From the NCBI GenBank assembly GCA_038206515.1, contig JBBRAT010000001.1:40089-104088 (forward strand): a DNA stretch of 64,000 bases. Reading direction: 5' to 3'. Shown here piece after piece: positions 53,506 through 63,362 of the stretch. The position numbers were made by a program, and so were the translations under genes. The notes under the pieces are model-generated. The model searched no databases. It saw only the letters and a list, made by a program, of their open reading frames with translations, and had not been told where the DNA came from. How positions within the stretch are numbered: position 1 is the first letter of the stretch; every line of letters starts with the position of its first letter. Source of the DNA: Anaerolineales bacterium (GTDB lineage Bacteria; Chloroflexota; Anaerolineae; Anaerolineales; Anaerolineaceae).

Positions 53506-54501
53506 TTAGCGGATACGGGCTTTCATCCAATCGTTGCTATTGTGGAAGTCTGCCACCACGTTGCCGGGGTGAACCAGCTCATCGAATTTCTCGGTCTCTT
53601 CTGGGCTGAGTTTCAAATCCATGACGGGCAAGAAATCCTCAATGTGCTGCATGGTGCGCGGACCGACAATGGGAGCGGTGACCGCCGGTTGACTCATGCA
53701 CCATAGCAGTGCGTATTGGGCGGTGGTCAGTCCACGCGCTTTTGCCATCAAGCCGACCTGACGGGCAACCTCAATGCCGGTTTCGGTCATGCGCTCGCGG
53801 AAGAATGCGCCAGACCGTTCTGCGCGCGACCCTTCCGGCACGCCCTGATCATATCGCCCGGCTAAAATGCCGCCTGCCAGCGGCGACCAGGGCAGCAGCG
53901 CGAGGTTATATTTAAGAGCCAGCGGCACAAGCTCATTTTCGATGCGCCGATCCAGCAGGTTATAGGGTGGCTGCTCGCTCACATAGCGCACCAGGTTCAT
54001 TTTCTCGCTGACGGCTAACCCTTCCATCACCATCCAGGCGGGGAAGGTGGAACTGCCGATGTAAATGACCTTTCCCGCGCTCACCAGGTCATCCAAGGCG
54101 CGCAGGGTGTCATCTTGCGGAATTTCCTGCGAGGGGCGATGCAGTTGATATAGGTCAATGTGATCGGTTTGCAGGCGGAGCAGGCTGTCTTCGCAGGCTT
54201 TTACGATGTGATAGCGCGAAATGCCGCGTTCATTGATGCCATTGCCCATTGCGCCGTTGACTTTGGTCGCCAGCACGATCTGATCGCGTTTGCCGTTGGC
54301 TTTTAATGCCTTACCGACAATCCGCTCGCTTTCGCCGGCATTATAGACGTTGGCAGTATCTATAAAGTTGATGCCGCCATCCAGCGCGCGGTTGATGATC
54401 TGCACCGATTCATCTTCGGTGGTAGGACCGCCAAAATTCATTGCCCCCAGGCATAGGGGAGATACCTTGACACCGGTTCGACCTAAATTGCGGAATTCCA
54501 T
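53506..54501 (-). CDS. Aldo/keto reductase (start at MEFRNLG).
   Basis: AKR signatures NLGRTG...LCLGAMNFG, IDTANVY, and C-terminal IVGPRTMQH. Confidence 0.9.
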   Translation of the reverse strand: MEFRNLGRTGVKVSPLCLGAMNFGGPTTEDESVQIINRALDGGINFIDTANVYNAGESERIVGKALKANGKRDQIVLATKVNGAMGNGINERGISRYHIVKACEDSLLRLQTDHIDLYQLHRPSQEIPQDDTLRALDDLVSAGKVIYIGSSTFPAWMVMEGLAVSEKMNLVRYVSEQPPYNLLDRRIENELVPLALKYNLALLPWSPLAGGILAGRYDQGVPEGSRAERSGAFFRERMTETGIEVARQVGLMAKARGLTTAQYALLWCMSQPAVTAPIVGPRTMQHIEDFLPVMDLKLSPEETEKFDELVHPGNVVADFHNSNDWMKARIR

Positions 54502-54530
54502 TTTTGCTCCTTGTGCGAATTTGCGGAAAG

Positions 54531-55277
54531 TTACCCCCTCTCCGCGCAAATGATGTCTTCATTATATGCCATTCCCATGCGTTCGCCGGGTTGCAAGACG
54601 AGGAAATCTTTGTTCCAATCGCCATTAAGCAGGCGGCGAATAAGGATGAGATCACCTTCCACGCGCTCAAAGTTCCAACCACGCCGGGTGGCTTCCTCGC
54701 GTGCCTGATTTTCCACCGTTTTGTTTTGGCTCAGATTCAGATCAATATAGGCGGCACGGTTATAATGTTCGCGCCATGCGCCCATGACCTCCATGAGGTA
54801 ATCGGCGTTATCTTTGCCGTATTTTTCCACATATTCCTGAAAAACCACGTCCATATCACGGTCATCGTCCTCCATGCCTGCGCCTAACACCACCTTTTGC
54901 CCGTCTTGATAGCCGCGCTCGATGTAATCTTGCGAATACCAGTAGGTGCCGGGCGATTTTTCATGCTCCTGGGTGTAGCGTTCGCGGCTGCCCAAAAATA
55001 AGGTGATGCAATCATGGGCGCGGGGGATGACCAGCGGCACGTCTCGCGCAGTCAGTCCGGCAGTGGCTTTGCCGCACAACCCATACGCCATGATGATGGC
55101 ATCATACCCTTGCCCCTGCACTGCGTCAATTTCGGCTTGCAAGCGCATTTGCAGGGATCCCGGCTTGAGGTGCAGTCCTAATTGAAACAGGGTGACATCC
55201 ACAATATGCGGCGATTGGGCGGCCGCCAGGTATACCATTCGCGCCAGGGCATCACAACCAAAGCATTTTAATCGCAT
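54531..55277 (-). CDS. DUF1638-family protein.
   Basis: N-terminal MRLKCFGCDAL... and the AYGLCG motif recalled as characteristic of DUF1638. Assignment from memory. Confidence 0.55.
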   Translation of the reverse strand: MRLKCFGCDALARMVYLAAAQSPHIVDVTLFQLGLHLKPGSLQMRLQAEIDAVQGQGYDAIIMAYGLCGKATAGLTARDVPLVIPRAHDCITLFLGSRERYTQEHEKSPGTYWYSQDYIERGYQDGQKVVLGAGMEDDDRDMDVVFQEYVEKYGKDNADYLMEVMGAWREHYNRAAYIDLNLSQNKTVENQAREEATRRGWNFERVEGDLILIRRLLNGDWNKDFLVLQPGERMGMAYNEDIICAERG

Positions 55278-55414
55278 AGGGGCGGTTCGCTTTCTTTTTA
55301 AAGATTGCTGTGATTATAAATCCAAATTTTTGCATTTACGGGAATTTGAATAGGCAAATCTGTATCAAGCCTTGATGAATATTCTCTTGTTCACCTCTGG
55401 TACAATCCACAGGT

Positions 55415-57448
55415 ATGATAAACAATTTATCTGGGGAAGAATGGGGACACCCTACGACATTTGATTTTAGCTGGTTAAATGCCATTGATGCCCCCATCTT
55501 TGTACTTGATGAAAATAAGATTTACTATGCCAATCAGAATGCGCTGGCTCTGGCCGGCGTTTCTTTGCTTGACATGGTAGATCAGGATTTTGGGCGCTGG
55601 CTCGTGGCGCGCAACGATGAAGAAACGTCTTGCCTGGAAGACTTAACGCCGCTCCTCAGCGAAGGCGATTGCCGCACCCATTTTCTGACCCAACATAATG
55701 GCATGCTGCCGGTACGGATTTCCATTCGCCCGTTACTCGCGCCTACGGATGATTCTGCCTCTTTGCGGAAATCCCTTAAAATTGTCACCCTGCGAGATGT
55801 CCCCGCCGAGGAGCTTTCCTTGCAGCAGCATACTCAGGAATTAATCGCCGAGCTTTCGCAGCGCCGCCGTGAATTAGAGGCGTTGGTGACGGTGGCTTCT
55901 GCGCTGCATAATACCATTGTCCAGGAAGAAATGTTTCCCATTATTTTGGATCAATTTTCTAACCAGTTCAAAGCGGATGGGGCAAGTTTGTTGCTGCCTA
56001 ACCCGAACCACGAAGAAATTACCGTGGCGTTGGCAGTGGGGGAGTGGAAAGAAACTACCGGTCAGCATTTAGCGCGCGGACAGGGCATCAGCTGGCAGGT
56101 GATTGATAAAGGCAATTTATACGTTAACAATGCCATCCAAAATGAGCCTGACCTGGCGCGCACCGTGTTTGCGGGCGGGCTGCCGTGCGGGGTATGCGTG
56201 CCGTTGCGCTCGCACAGCACTTTGTTAGGTCTTGTCTGGTTAGGTCGCAACGACCCCTTTGGCGAAGATGATATTCGCTTGCTGGCTGGCATTGCGGATA
56301 TTTCCGCCAGCAACGTCTACCGCGCGCGTCTGTTTGAGCAGACGCAGGAACGCTTTCAACGCCTGAGTGGCTTGCACAGCATTGATATGGCAATTACTTC
56401 CAGCCTTGACCTGAAGCTCACCCTGGATGTTCTTTTGGATCAGGTGGTGGCGCAAATGCAGGTGAACGCTGCGGATATTTTGCTCTTTGACCCTGGCTTA
56501 TATTGGTTGGAGTTTGCCGCCGGGCGCGGATTTGTTCATGCAATCCGCACCCATGCGCCACGCAGTTTAAATGATAGCCCTGCCGGGCAAGTTGCCCTGG
56601 AACGTCAGATGATTTCTATCCCAGACCTTGCCAAAGCGAATATTTCAACCGAATATTGGTTCTCCCCTGATGAGGGCTTTCAATCTTATTTTGCTGCGCC
56701 ATTAATCGCCAAAGGTCACGTGAAGGGGGTGCTTGAACTGTATCATCGCCACCCCTATCAACCCGATAGTGAATGGCTGGCATTTCTGGAAACGCTGGCG
56801 ACCCAGGCGGCGATTGCCATTGATAACGCAGAATTATTTGAACATTTGCAGCGTTCCAACGAAGAATTGAGCATGGCGTATGATGCCACGATTGAAGGCT
56901 GGTCGCATGCTTTAGAATTGCGCGATCAGGAGACGCATGGTCACGCCCAGCGCGTTACCGACCTAACGGTTCGCCTGGCGCGCCAGATGGGGGTGCGGGA
57001 TGAGGAAATTCAATACTACCGGCGCGGGGTTTTATTGCACGATATTGGCAAAATGGCGATCCCTGACCGGATTTTATTCAAAGAAGGTCCCCTCACGTCC
57101 GCCGAGCAGGAAATTATGCGCCAACATCCCTCCTATGCTTATGAGCTGCTCCTCCCCATTGGCTATTTGCGCCCATCATTGGATATTCCTTATGCGCATC
57201 ATGAATGGTGGGATGGCACAGGCTACCCAAGGCAACTGAAGGGGGAAAAAATTCCGCTGGCGGCGCGCATTTTTGCCGTGGTAGATGTGTGGGATGCACT
57301 GCGCAACAAGCGTAGTTATCGCCCCGCCTGGGGTTTCCGCAAGGTCAAAGAACATATTCTTTCCCTCTCTGGCACGCATTTTGACCCACTGGTCGTGCGT
57401 GAATTTATGCGCATGATCTCTTCTGATGAACAATTTACTCGTGAATGA
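55415..57448 (+). CDS. Cyclic-di-GMP phosphodiesterase-type signalling protein: N-terminal PAS-like region, two GAF domains, and a C-terminal HD-GYP domain.
   Basis: HD motif (HGHAQRV...LLHDIGK) and GYP motif (HHEWWDGTGYP). GAF-like regions precede it. Confidence 0.85.
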   Translation: MINNLSGEEWGHPTTFDFSWLNAIDAPIFVLDENKIYYANQNALALAGVSLLDMVDQDFGRWLVARNDEETSCLEDLTPLLSEGDCRTHFLTQHNGMLPVRISIRPLLAPTDDSASLRKSLKIVTLRDVPAEELSLQQHTQELIAELSQRRRELEALVTVASALHNTIVQEEMFPIILDQFSNQFKADGASLLLPNPNHEEITVALAVGEWKETTGQHLARGQGISWQVIDKGNLYVNNAIQNEPDLARTVFAGGLPCGVCVPLRSHSTLLGLVWLGRNDPFGEDDIRLLAGIADISASNVYRARLFEQTQERFQRLSGLHSIDMAITSSLDLKLTLDVLLDQVVAQMQVNAADILLFDPGLYWLEFAAGRGFVHAIRTHAPRSLNDSPAGQVALERQMISIPDLAKANISTEYWFSPDEGFQSYFAAPLIAKGHVKGVLELYHRHPYQPDSEWLAFLETLATQAAIAIDNAELFEHLQRSNEELSMAYDATIEGWSHALELRDQETHGHAQRVTDLTVRLARQMGVRDEEIQYYRRGVLLHDIGKMAIPDRILFKEGPLTSAEQEIMRQHPSYAYELLLPIGYLRPSLDIPYAHHEWWDGTGYPRQLKGEKIPLAARIFAVVDVWDALRNKRSYRPAWGFRKVKEHILSLSGTHFDPLVVREFMRMISSDEQFTRE

Positions 57449-57600
57449 AGCTCTGCAATTTCTATACAATCCGTTTGTGTGAATAGTCGTTTTTTTGGCA
57501 AAAGGCTATAATAAAATCATAGTGAATGTAGGCTGAGGAATGATCTTCGTTTAAAAATAGCTTACTTGTTCGGCGGAGATGAATATAGGGAGGAAACAGC

Positions 57601-58017
57601 GTGGAAAATATCCGTGTGGTGATTGCAGACGATCACGCCGTTATGCGAGTGGGCATCCGCAATATCCTTGCCCGTTCCAAAGAGATTGTCATTGTGGGGG
57701 AAGCGAGCAATGGAAAAGAAGCGCTCGATTTGGTTTGTGTGAAAAACCCTGATGTTTTAATTTTGGATATGGAAATGCCCGTGATGAGCGGGGTAGAAGC
57801 GGCGCGCCAATTGCAGGAACAACGGTCACCGGTGCGAATTCTGGTATTGAGCGCGTATGATGATCGTCAATATATCCTGGAAATGCTGAATATGGGCGCG
57901 GCTGGTTATCTGATTAAGGACGAAGCCCCTGAAATCATTGTGGAAGCCGTCAAGGGCGTAGCGCAAGGCGAAACGGGCTGGGTTTCTCGCCGCGCCGCGG
58001 CTCACCTGCACAAATAA
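57601..58017 (+). CDS. Stand-alone response-regulator receiver domain (NarL-type REC without an HTH).
   Basis: VVIADDH...D(54-equivalent) LILDMEMP...K motif set. Ends at 138 aa with no output domain. Confidence 0.85.
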   Translation: MENIRVVIADDHAVMRVGIRNILARSKEIVIVGEASNGKEALDLVCVKNPDVLILDMEMPVMSGVEAARQLQEQRSPVRILVLSAYDDRQYILEMLNMGAAGYLIKDEAPEIIVEAVKGVAQGETGWVSRRAAAHLHK

Positions 58018-58038
58018 TCTGGTTCATCGGGAATGGAT

Positions 58039-58092
58039 GTAGGTAGGAATAGAGGAGCGGGATGACCATCCCGCTCCTCTATTCCTACCTAC
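58039..58092. terminator. Perfect 24-bp stem / 6-nt loop hairpin between the convergent REC gene and feoA (bidirectional terminator candidate).
   Basis: gtaggtaggaatagaggagcggga tgacca tcccgctcctctattcctacctac are exact reverse complements. Confidence 0.6.
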
Positions 58093-58113
58093 GCAAAATC
58101 CCAGAGAGCCTTT

Positions 58114-58398
58114 TTATTCAACCATGATTTGCCGGGCAATTTCCGTCTCAAACGCCAATTCGGTCTGTTCAATCAGAATGATGGTGACGGGGCGCTGTGA
58201 TAAAACTTGCACAGTGCGCCCTGCCAGCATCCCATAGGCTTGTAAATGTTGACGCTGGGTGGCGGATAATTTACCAAAACTACTGATTTTTACCACAGAG
58301 CCTGATCTGGCTTCGGATAACAGGCGGGGGTGAGCAGCATCTTTGGGCAAGGCGAGACCTTTCGGGGTGGCAGCAGTCCAGAATAAGAAATTAAACAT
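58114..58398 (-). CDS. feoA: Ferrous iron transport protein A (SH3-like).
   Basis: Small FeoA-like protein (LSEARSGSVVKISSFG...LAGRTVQVL pattern). Located in the feo operon. Confidence 0.85.
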   Translation of the reverse strand: MFNFLFWTAATPKGLALPKDAAHPRLLSEARSGSVVKISSFGKLSATQRQHLQAYGMLAGRTVQVLSQRPVTIILIEQTELAFETEIARQIMVE

Positions 58399-58612
58399 GT
58401 TTGCCTCTCAGGAATGTTTTCATCCAGGTAGCCAGTTTTGAACCGGCCGGGTTGATATTGGATGCGCCGCAGTTTGGGCAGCAAGCCATGGAGCAGTCCG
58501 CGTGCATAGGGCAGGTAGCGCAGGAAGAAGGGTTTGCCTGCGGATCAAAGCTGTGTCCACACACCACGCAGGTGATCCATTCTACTTCTTGGGGAACGGA
58601 TAAGCGATTCAT
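58391..58612 (-). CDS. Small Cys-rich (about 10 Cys) zinc-ribbon protein between feoB and feoA. Possible FeoC-like or metal-binding accessory protein.
   Basis: MNRLSVPQEVEWITCVVCGHSFDP...CATCPMHADCSMACCPNCGAS. Starts 5 nt after the feoB stop. Confidence 0.5.
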   Translation of the reverse strand: MNRLSVPQEVEWITCVVCGHSFDPQANPSSCATCPMHADCSMACCPNCGASNINPAGSKLATWMKTFLRGKHV

Positions 58613-58616
58613 GGGT

Positions 58617-60593
58617 TTAGCCCTTCCAGCCGACCAGCAGTAAGATGCGATACAAAACGCCGCCGACCAGCATAGCAAAGGGGAAGATAAACACCACCAT
58701 AGCAACAGCCATTTTTACCCCGCGCTCTTTGACAATCATCATCAGGCTGGCAATGCACGGAATAAACAGGGTGATGGTGACAATGGATACCAGGGTCTGA
58801 ATGGGTGTCAGCAGCCCTTTGGATTGCATTGCGAACAGCCCGGTAGCTGCAAAATCACGCCGCAGCAAGCCCAGCAGGAAAGCAGAAGTTGCTTCTGGCG
58901 GCAGTCCTAACCAACCGGTGATCAAGGGCTCGCCTGCGTGGATCAGGATGGGCAGAATGTGGAACCAATCCAGGAAGAAGAGCAGCAGCGTCCCGCCTAA
59001 GAACAGCGGCACCGCTTCTTTTACGTACCACTCCAGCCGCGCGGCGGTCTTCATCAACACATTGGACATGACAGGCATCCGCAGCGGAGGCAGCTCCACC
59101 ACCAGCGGAGCGCGATCGCCGGGCATCAGTTTGGCAGCCAACCAGCCAACCAGGAACAGGATCAGCAAGGTAATGACGCCCCAGATCAGTGCGGCGCTAA
59201 ACGAAATGCCCGCTAACAAACCTACCACCACGCCCAACTGCGCCGAACAGGGTACGGCAAGCGCGAGCAGCAGTGTCACCAAAATCCGGTCGCGGCGCGA
59301 ATTGAGAATGCGGGTGGTCATGGTTGCCATGGTGACGCAACCTAACCCCAGGATCATTGGCAGCACCGCCTGACCGTTCAAGCCCATCATGGTGAAAATG
59401 CGGTTCGACATCACCGCTAGGCGCGGTAAGTAACCGGAATCTTCCAATATGCCGAAGGTGATGAAAAACGTAATCACAATGGGCAGCAGCAATGCCAACG
59501 CATAAGTGACACCCATCGTCCACAACCCATACGGTCCCACCAGAATCTGACTAATAAACGTGATAGGGATCAAATGCTCTACCTGCACCGTCAGCCAGGG
59601 GTTGATGATCTGCCCGAACAGGTTTTTTTCGATCAAATTGACCAACACGCCCGACCCAAAGACGCCCACGAACCAATACATGGCATACAGTACCACCGCC
59701 AGGATAGGCAGTCCCCAGAGCGGGTGGGTGGAGAGTCGCCCAACCTGTACCGCAAAGCTGGGATGCCCGGCGTTGCGATCTGTTAGCGCGCGCAGGGCGA
59801 TCTTTTCAACAAAGACATCTCGCGTGCGTTGAATGAGTTGCGCGGCAGATTCGGTAGAAGCGTCCATCCCATCGCGTAAGGTCAAGGCGGATTGAATGGT
59901 TTGCGCGGAAGCATGTTCCTTAATCCAGCTTTCACTGGCAGAGTCGTGGCTCAGATAGAGCAGCCCTAACGAGCGTGCGGTGATATGCGCTTCGGGCAGC
60001 AGCCCTTGTAAGGCAGTCAGCGCGGATTCGATGGTGGCGGGATAATGCACTTGCAGGGTGGAACGTGCTGCTCCGCCCAACGATTGTAGCAAATCCGTTA
60101 CACCCTGCCCGCGCGTGGCAATGGTAGCCACGACAGGCAGTTCGAGCGCATGGGATAAAACCTCTATGTCTAATGATAAGCCGCGCGCGCGGGCTTCATC
60201 CATCATATTTAATGCCAGCGCCATCGGCAAGCCCATTTCGGCAAGCTGGACCGCCAGATGCAAGGTGCGGCGGATATTTTTTGCGTCCCCTACTTGAATG
60301 AGGGCGCGCAAATCCTCTTGCAGCAGTACGCGCGCAGTGACGGCTTCATCTTCGCTGCGCGGGGGGAAAGCTACGATGCCGGGCGTGTCTATAATCACCA
60401 CGTCCGCCATGCCGTGCGGTTTCAGCGTGCCACGCGCCACTTCTACGGTGGTGCCGGGATAGTTGGAAACAATCACATACTGCCCCGTCAGGCGGTGAAA
60501 CAACATGGACTTGCCTACATTTGGGTTGCCTACCAGGGCAATGGAACTGCCCGCCAGTAGGTTGAACGAGGGAAGCGCCTGGGTCATTTGCAT
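58617..60593 (-). CDS. feoB: Ferrous iron transporter B (N-terminal G-domain plus membrane permease).
   Basis: G1 GNPNVGKS, G3 DTPG. Large C-terminal polytopic Gate/nucleoside-recognition domains. Confidence 0.95.
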   Translation of the reverse strand: MQMTQALPSFNLLAGSSIALVGNPNVGKSMLFHRLTGQYVIVSNYPGTTVEVARGTLKPHGMADVVIIDTPGIVAFPPRSEDEAVTARVLLQEDLRALIQVGDAKNIRRTLHLAVQLAEMGLPMALALNMMDEARARGLSLDIEVLSHALELPVVATIATRGQGVTDLLQSLGGAARSTLQVHYPATIESALTALQGLLPEAHITARSLGLLYLSHDSASESWIKEHASAQTIQSALTLRDGMDASTESAAQLIQRTRDVFVEKIALRALTDRNAGHPSFAVQVGRLSTHPLWGLPILAVVLYAMYWFVGVFGSGVLVNLIEKNLFGQIINPWLTVQVEHLIPITFISQILVGPYGLWTMGVTYALALLLPIVITFFITFGILEDSGYLPRLAVMSNRIFTMMGLNGQAVLPMILGLGCVTMATMTTRILNSRRDRILVTLLLALAVPCSAQLGVVVGLLAGISFSAALIWGVITLLILFLVGWLAAKLMPGDRAPLVVELPPLRMPVMSNVLMKTAARLEWYVKEAVPLFLGGTLLLFFLDWFHILPILIHAGEPLITGWLGLPPEATSAFLLGLLRRDFAATGLFAMQSKGLLTPIQTLVSIVTITLFIPCIASLMMIVKERGVKMAVAMVVFIFPFAMLVGGVLYRILLLVGWKG

Positions 60594-60596
60594 CCG

Positions 60597-61082
60597 TTAT
60601 TTTTCCTCACAAGTCTTGCATACCCCATAAAAAATCAGGCTGGCGCTTTCGATATGCCCGCCAAATTGTTGTTGATAGGCTGCCTTGATGGTTTCTACGC
60701 CTGGGTTCATAAATTCAAAAATTTGATTGCAAACGCGGCAGCGAAAGTGTGAATGATCTATATTCTCCGGGTTTACCGGGTCGAAACGTTCCTGATGATG
60801 TTCGTCATCAAACCAGCGTGGCGAGACCAAGCCTTCTTCTGCCAGCCAGCGCATGGTGCGATACACCGTAGAAAGGTGGAGAGAGTTATCTTGCTGGTGG
60901 GCGCGCTTGAAAATATCTTCCGCAGTGGGGTGATCTTCACATTCAGACAGCGACTCGATAATGAGGCGGCGCTGGGTGGTCATGCGCCCACCCTGATTGC
61001 GCAGGCGGTTGGTGGCGAGGGTAAGTAAAGTAGGTTCAAGGATCATTTTGGTCTCTTTATTGCGAGAGATTTGCAATAACAA
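60597..61082 (-). CDS. fur: Fur-family metalloregulator, immediately upstream of feoB.
   Basis: Fur wHTH (RMTTQRRLIIESL...HPTAEDIF). Metal-site motifs (HHQ, HSHFRCRVC, CxxC at the C-terminus). Confidence 0.9.
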   Translation of the reverse strand: MLLQISRNKETKMILEPTLLTLATNRLRNQGGRMTTQRRLIIESLSECEDHPTAEDIFKRAHQQDNSLHLSTVYRTMRWLAEEGLVSPRWFDDEHHQERFDPVNPENIDHSHFRCRVCNQIFEFMNPGVETIKAAYQQQFGGHIESASLIFYGVCKTCEEK

Positions 61083-61393
61083 TTCGCATTCATTTTATTC
61101 TAAATTTAGGGTTAACTAAAGTGACATTTGTCTTTTCCCCATCCCCTGAATGTCACCCGATCCGCTTTCTCTCTCCCCAAATGCTCATCATTGTCAGGTA
61201 TCCCAATTTGTGTAGCGGCGCACTGCGTGCGCCATCGATGGATAAGGATTATCGTATTCATGCGAGCAAAATAACCCGCATCAGCTTAGGTGCACGCAGC
61301 GCGCCGCTACACAAATCGGGATGCCTGCACAGGCGCTATTGTTTTATAATGTAAGGCGATGAAAAATCAGTGTAGAGAGCGGGTCTGGCAGCA

Positions 61394-62134
61394 ATGGCGC
61401 AAAAGAAAAATTATTATGTAGTGCGGAAAGGGCGCAAGCCGGGCATTTATCCCCTGTGGGAGGGCAGTCAGGGGGCGAAGGCACAGGTGGATGGCTTTAC
61501 CGGCGCGCAGTTTCGCGGATTTGCCACTTTGCCCGAAGCCGAAGCCTACCTGGCAGGCAAAGAGCTTGCGCCGGCTGCGTCATCTTATCCCCCTCCATTG
61601 CTTATTGGAACGGAAACGCAGGCTGACTTAACTGTACCTGAAGTAGACCCAGATACGATTGTCATCTTTACGGATGGCGCCTGTTCCGGCAACCCGGGTC
61701 CAGGGGGATATGGGGCGATTGTTCGTATGGATGGGAAGGAAATGGAGCTTTCAGGCGGATTTGGCTGTACGACCAATAACCGCATGGAGATGATGGCTTG
61801 CATTATGGCGTTGCAAAGTATTAAGCAGCCCAGTAAAGTTTCGCTCTACAGTGATTCAAGTTACGTGGTGAATGCCGTTCAAAAAGGGTGGGCAAAACGT
61901 TGGAAGGCAAATGCCTGGGTGCGTACTCAGACCAAAGCGGGTGAAAAACAAATGGCTGAAAATAGCGACCTGTGGCAAAAAATGCTTGACGTGCTGGTCA
62001 TCCATCAGGTGACTTTCTTTTGGGTGCGCGGACATGCTCATCACCCTGAAAATGAACGCTGTGACCGGTTGGCGGTGGCGGCTTCTCTGCAAATGGGGTT
62101 GCCCACTGACCCAGGCTTTACGCGCAGATGTTAA
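61394..62134 (+). CDS. rnhA: Ribonuclease HI with an N-terminal Cauli_VI-type dsRNA/hybrid-binding domain.
   Basis: N-terminal YYVVRKGRKPGIY...W (dsRHbd). RNase H catalytic residues in IFTDGACSGNPGPGGYG, MEMMA, YSDSSYV, WVRGHAHHPENERCDRLA. Confidence 0.9.
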   Translation: MAQKKNYYVVRKGRKPGIYPLWEGSQGAKAQVDGFTGAQFRGFATLPEAEAYLAGKELAPAASSYPPPLLIGTETQADLTVPEVDPDTIVIFTDGACSGNPGPGGYGAIVRMDGKEMELSGGFGCTTNNRMEMMACIMALQSIKQPSKVSLYSDSSYVVNAVQKGWAKRWKANAWVRTQTKAGEKQMAENSDLWQKMLDVLVIHQVTFFWVRGHAHHPENERCDRLAVAASLQMGLPTDPGFTRRC

Positions 62135-63222
62135 AAGCTATCGCGCTCTGTTAAATATTCCTGGTCAAAGGAAAGCGCCTGTTCAATCACATCCCCAGGG
62201 GCAAATAATTCGCGCAGACCGGTCAAGGCAGCGGTGCGGGTGGATTCACCCAACTCTGGCATCTCAAACGCGCGTTTGCCATAATCCCCCAATTCTTGCA
62301 CGCACCATTCATAACGATAATAGCCCAGAGTAACGGCATCTACATCTACCGTGCCATAGCCTGCCAGGAAAGCCTGCTCCTGCGGGTTCTCCGCTTGCGC
62401 GGGTCTGCCGGGGGTATTGAGCATAAACATGAGGTCACGCTCTTTGGGGGCATGTAAGGGCTGATCCCAGTCTACGATGTGCAGCCGATTTACTTCATCC
62501 ACTAACACGTTGGCGGTGTGAATATCTGTATGACATAGGCAGAAGTCGGGCGGACGCTGGCATAAGAGTCTTCCCAGAGCTTCTGCACGCGCCAATACTT
62601 GCCCAATCACGGACTTTTTTTCTTCCCAATATTGCCTACTTTCTGCATGAATCGCATCCTTATCGGGCAGTTTTGGCGGTTGATTGAGCAGTTTGTGGAC
62701 TTCTGCGCCCCAGGCGGGTTGAAACGTCTCTCTTTTGAGTTGTGCAAGGAGTTGAGCGGGGAGTGGGGTGTAGTGAATCTTATGCAGCGACTTGCCCAGT
62801 TCTGACCATTGCGCCAAGCTAAGTCCCTGCTCCATGCCGGTCTGCCCCTGGATAAATGGGTAAAGGATCAGCGTAAAACCGTCTAGCATCGCGCTTAACT
62901 CGCTTTCAAGGGTGAAGATGGGCGCAACGACTTGTTCAATCCCTAGATTCTGTAAAAATTGTGGAATTTCCAGGGCAGAACGAGGGACGGGGTTCGCTTT
63001 TATTTTAAGGAAGAAAGTATTCGCATCTTTCTCGGTCACCTTGAACACCCAAGTATTGGATTCATTGCCGAGTGGTAAAAAGCAAAGAGAATCCACATAC
63101 AGGCGATAATTTTGGGCAATGCAGGCGCAAATTTGTTCATCAGAAAGAGCAGGTTTTTCAATCATTTCGTTATTATAAAGGGAAGGATGATCAAAAATGG
63201 AGGAAAAAGGTACGAATTTCAT
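62131..63222 (-). CDS. APH/choline-kinase-family phosphotransferase.
   Basis: Brenner motif CHTDIHTANVLVD and the VDWDQ (DxD) catalytic motif. Confidence 0.8.
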   Translation of the reverse strand: MKFVPFSSIFDHPSLYNNEMIEKPALSDEQICACIAQNYRLYVDSLCFLPLGNESNTWVFKVTEKDANTFFLKIKANPVPRSALEIPQFLQNLGIEQVVAPIFTLESELSAMLDGFTLILYPFIQGQTGMEQGLSLAQWSELGKSLHKIHYTPLPAQLLAQLKRETFQPAWGAEVHKLLNQPPKLPDKDAIHAESRQYWEEKKSVIGQVLARAEALGRLLCQRPPDFCLCHTDIHTANVLVDEVNRLHIVDWDQPLHAPKERDLMFMLNTPGRPAQAENPQEQAFLAGYGTVDVDAVTLGYYRYEWCVQELGDYGKRAFEMPELGESTRTAALTGLRELFAPGDVIEQALSFDQEYLTERDSF

Positions 63223-63362
63223 AAACTTCTTTTAATCTTGCCTTAATCTAAATTTTGCCGTACAATGGTTAAAGTCCCCAATCCTTCTCTTGTAAGTAGA
63301 GATTACCAAGAGAGGATGTCTGATCCGGTTTTTGGTATAGGTAAAATAATGAAAAGAGGAGA

